From assembly GCA_937139605.1 (NCBI GenBank), contig CAKZQG010000037.1, positions 79,487-143,486 on the forward strand: DNA of 64,000 bases, written 5' to 3'. Positions 61,973-64,000 of this stretch are shown piece after piece. The notes beneath the pieces were generated by a model. That model was not told where the DNA came from, did no database searches, and saw only the letters and a list, made by a program, of their open reading frames with translations. A program made the position numbers and the translations under genes. Within the stretch, counting starts at the first letter, position 1, and each line of letters begins with the position of its first letter. Origin of the DNA: an uncultured bacterium. Lineage in GTDB: Bacteria > DRYD01.

Positions 61973-62986
61973 TTAATAACCTTTAGTAAATACTATAAAT
62001 TTATCGCTAAAGATTAGATATTTTTCCATTTTTTTATCTTTTTTATCAAATGAATATCCTTTAATAAAATTAGAAACTTGCTTACCTAAAGCTTCATAAT
62101 CTACACTAAATACTAAATCTACACCATAATTTAATAAAACTTTATGAGTAGATAACAATAATTTATTATTTTTTTTAGCTTTATATATTATTTTAAATAG
62201 ATTTTCTTCTTCCAAAGTAAAAACATCTGGTATTATAAATATAGCATCACATTCTTTAAATCTGTTTTCAATTTTATCTATATTATAATTATTTACATTA
62301 ATAGGAATTAAGTTTATTCCTATTTTTTGATAGCTGTAGTTCTTATTTAAGTTATATGTTTCTAAACTATACACTATACCAATATTTTTAATAGTAGGGT
62401 AATTTTTTCGTAGTTCTAATAGAACTTGATTTATATCAGGATAAACAGCAAAACCAATAAATTTATTTTCTACTCCTAAAGAAGAAGGAGTTAAAACTAA
62501 AGAATAAATATTAAGAGCATTCGGATTATAATTATCTTTAAGGAAATTAGCAGCTTCGCTTGTTAAAGCTACAACTATTTTAAAATGATCAATATCATAG
62601 TTTCTTACTTGCTTTACATCAACAATGGATACCTTATTGATATCATAACCACTAAGAAAGCCCTTGATAAAAAGATTAACAACATCATTATCCTTACTTT
62701 TTATTATCAATACTCTATTTAAATTATTATCCTTTTTAATTAACTCACTTAAATAGATACCCGCTGTTAAATTTGATACAAAATCCACTTTTTGTAAAAT
62801 TAAATTTGAATTATCTGAATTACTTGGATAACTTAATCCCAATGAATCAATTCCTACAAGAGACAAAAAAGAGTAATCATCAAAAATAAAATTATCCTCA
62901 TTATTTTCTTTAGCATTAACATTTAAAATAAAAATAATAAAGTAAAGTAAAAAATATAACAAAAAAATTTTTTTGCTTTTTATCAT
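61973..62986 (-). CDS. ABC-type periplasmic substrate-binding protein (ABC_sub_bind-like)
   Basis: Signal peptide, P.IKNIGIVYS, DAIFIIPD, DYEALGKQ. Confidence 0.7.
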   Translation of the reverse strand: MIKSKKIFLLYFLLYFIIFILNVNAKENNEDNFIFDDYSFLSLVGIDSLGLSYPSNSDNSNLILQKVDFVSNLTAGIYLSELIKKDNNLNRVLIIKSKDNDVVNLFIKGFLSGYDINKVSIVDVKQVRNYDIDHFKIVVALTSEAANFLKDNYNPNALNIYSLVLTPSSLGVENKFIGFAVYPDINQVLLELRKNYPTIKNIGIVYSLETYNLNKNYSYQKIGINLIPINVNNYNIDKIENRFKECDAIFIIPDVFTLEEENLFKIIYKAKKNNKLLLSTHKVLLNYGVDLVFSVDYEALGKQVSNFIKGYSFDKKDKKMEKYLIFSDKFIVFTKGY

Positions 62987-63209
62987 TATTATTACACCTC
63001 CACAAAAATAAATAAATTAAAAAATATTCATTAAAAATATATTCTATTTTTTTTACTTCTATTTAAAAAAAAGAATCCCTTCATTTAAATTTAATTTAGT
63101 TTAAATTCAATTTTAATTTAATTAATTTTAGAATACATTTTAACAAGGATAAATTTTTATTTTATATAAAATTTATAAAAAAACTAAAGCCTATATAAAA
63201 AAGCTAAAA

Positions 63210-64000
63210 ATGTTAATATTGAGTTTAAAATTAGCAAATAGTAATTTAAAATATAGAAAGGAACGAACATTTCTAACAGTTTTTTCAATAGTTATCTCAA
63301 TATTTATATCATTTTTGCTATTATCCATAATAGATGGTTTTTTAAAAACAATAAAAAACTCAATAAACTTAAAAAAAATAGATATAGTAATAACAAGTGG
63401 AGATTTACCAATAGAGTTAGGACCAATTGTAGTAAGTACAAGTTCCTATAAAATAAATATTAATATATATCAAGAATTAAGAAATAAATATCCTAACTTT
63501 ATAATATCTCCTATATTTAAAGACTTAATCAAAATAAATGATAAACTAATCCCCATAATTTCATTAGATTTAAATTATATAGATAAATTTTATCCTAATT
63601 CACAAGTAAATATCTTGTATTCTTCTCAAACAGCAATAATAGGGAAAGAACTATCAAGGCTGTTAAATCTTAAACAAAATGATATAATAACTATCCAAAA
63701 CAAGCCGTTTAGAATATCTAAAATACTAAATAAACTAAATGGCTATGAAGACTATGCTATTTTTATAGATTATAAAGATTATATACAATTATTTAATATT
63801 AATTCATTATCTCAGTTATGGGTTATAACAAATCTAAATAATTTAGAAAATAAAAAAATAATTCAAGAATTAAAAAGCACTTATCCTAATTTATTTTTTT
63901 ATGAAAATGAACAAGTAAATAATAATCAATATTCTTTAATAGCATTACTAAGGAGCTTACAAGTGGTAATAATAATAGCTTCAATAAGTACAGCCTTAGT
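63210..64000 (+). CDS. MacB/FtsX-like ABC transporter permease (3' truncated)
   Basis: MLILSLKLANSNLKYRKERTFLTVFSIVISI..., AIIGKELS..LNLK.ND.I; runs to the window end. Confidence 0.8.
   Translation, partial: MLILSLKLANSNLKYRKERTFLTVFSIVISIFISFLLLSIIDGFLKTIKNSINLKKIDIVITSGDLPIELGPIVVSTSSYKININIYQELRNKYPNFIISPIFKDLIKINDKLIPIISLDLNYIDKFYPNSQVNILYSSQTAIIGKELSRLLNLKQNDIITIQNKPFRISKILNKLNGYEDYAIFIDYKDYIQLFNINSLSQLWVITNLNNLENKKIIQELKSTYPNLFFYENEQVNNNQYSLIALLRSLQVVIIIASISTAL

Overview
Extremely AT-rich bacterial chromosome segment (about a fifth to a quarter GC by eye, not computed), genetic code 11, densely coding. Most genes are on + up to ~48 kb and on - after that. Housekeeping genes are shuffled out of their usual operons: gdhA, murC, mrdA, ispH, rpmH, coaD, dxs, nuoH/M/N, dnaX, sucD, lpxC, rtcB, mutM, pfkA. 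Terrabacteria-type genes (SigH-like sigma, DivIVA) co-occur with outer-membrane genes (LpxC, TonB-dependent receptor). I saw no rRNA, tRNA, CRISPR array or intact mobile element. Most notable: (1) a complex I locus where NuoI is split in two around a GltD/DsrL-like FAD/NAD(P)H oxidoreductase module; (2) dnaX and lpxC both interrupted at an A10 run that needs one extra A (slippage or assembly error); (3) probable ATT/ATA starts for coaD and an ArnT-like gene; (4) two orphan proteins with repeated [ST]RG motifs beside a TonB receptor, binding protein and ABC permease; (5) a HemA-HemC fusion, a His ammonia-lyase with a GSG MIO triad, and a fur-mgtC-mutM-archease-manC-rtcB cluster. All protein calls rest on motif recognition, not database searches.
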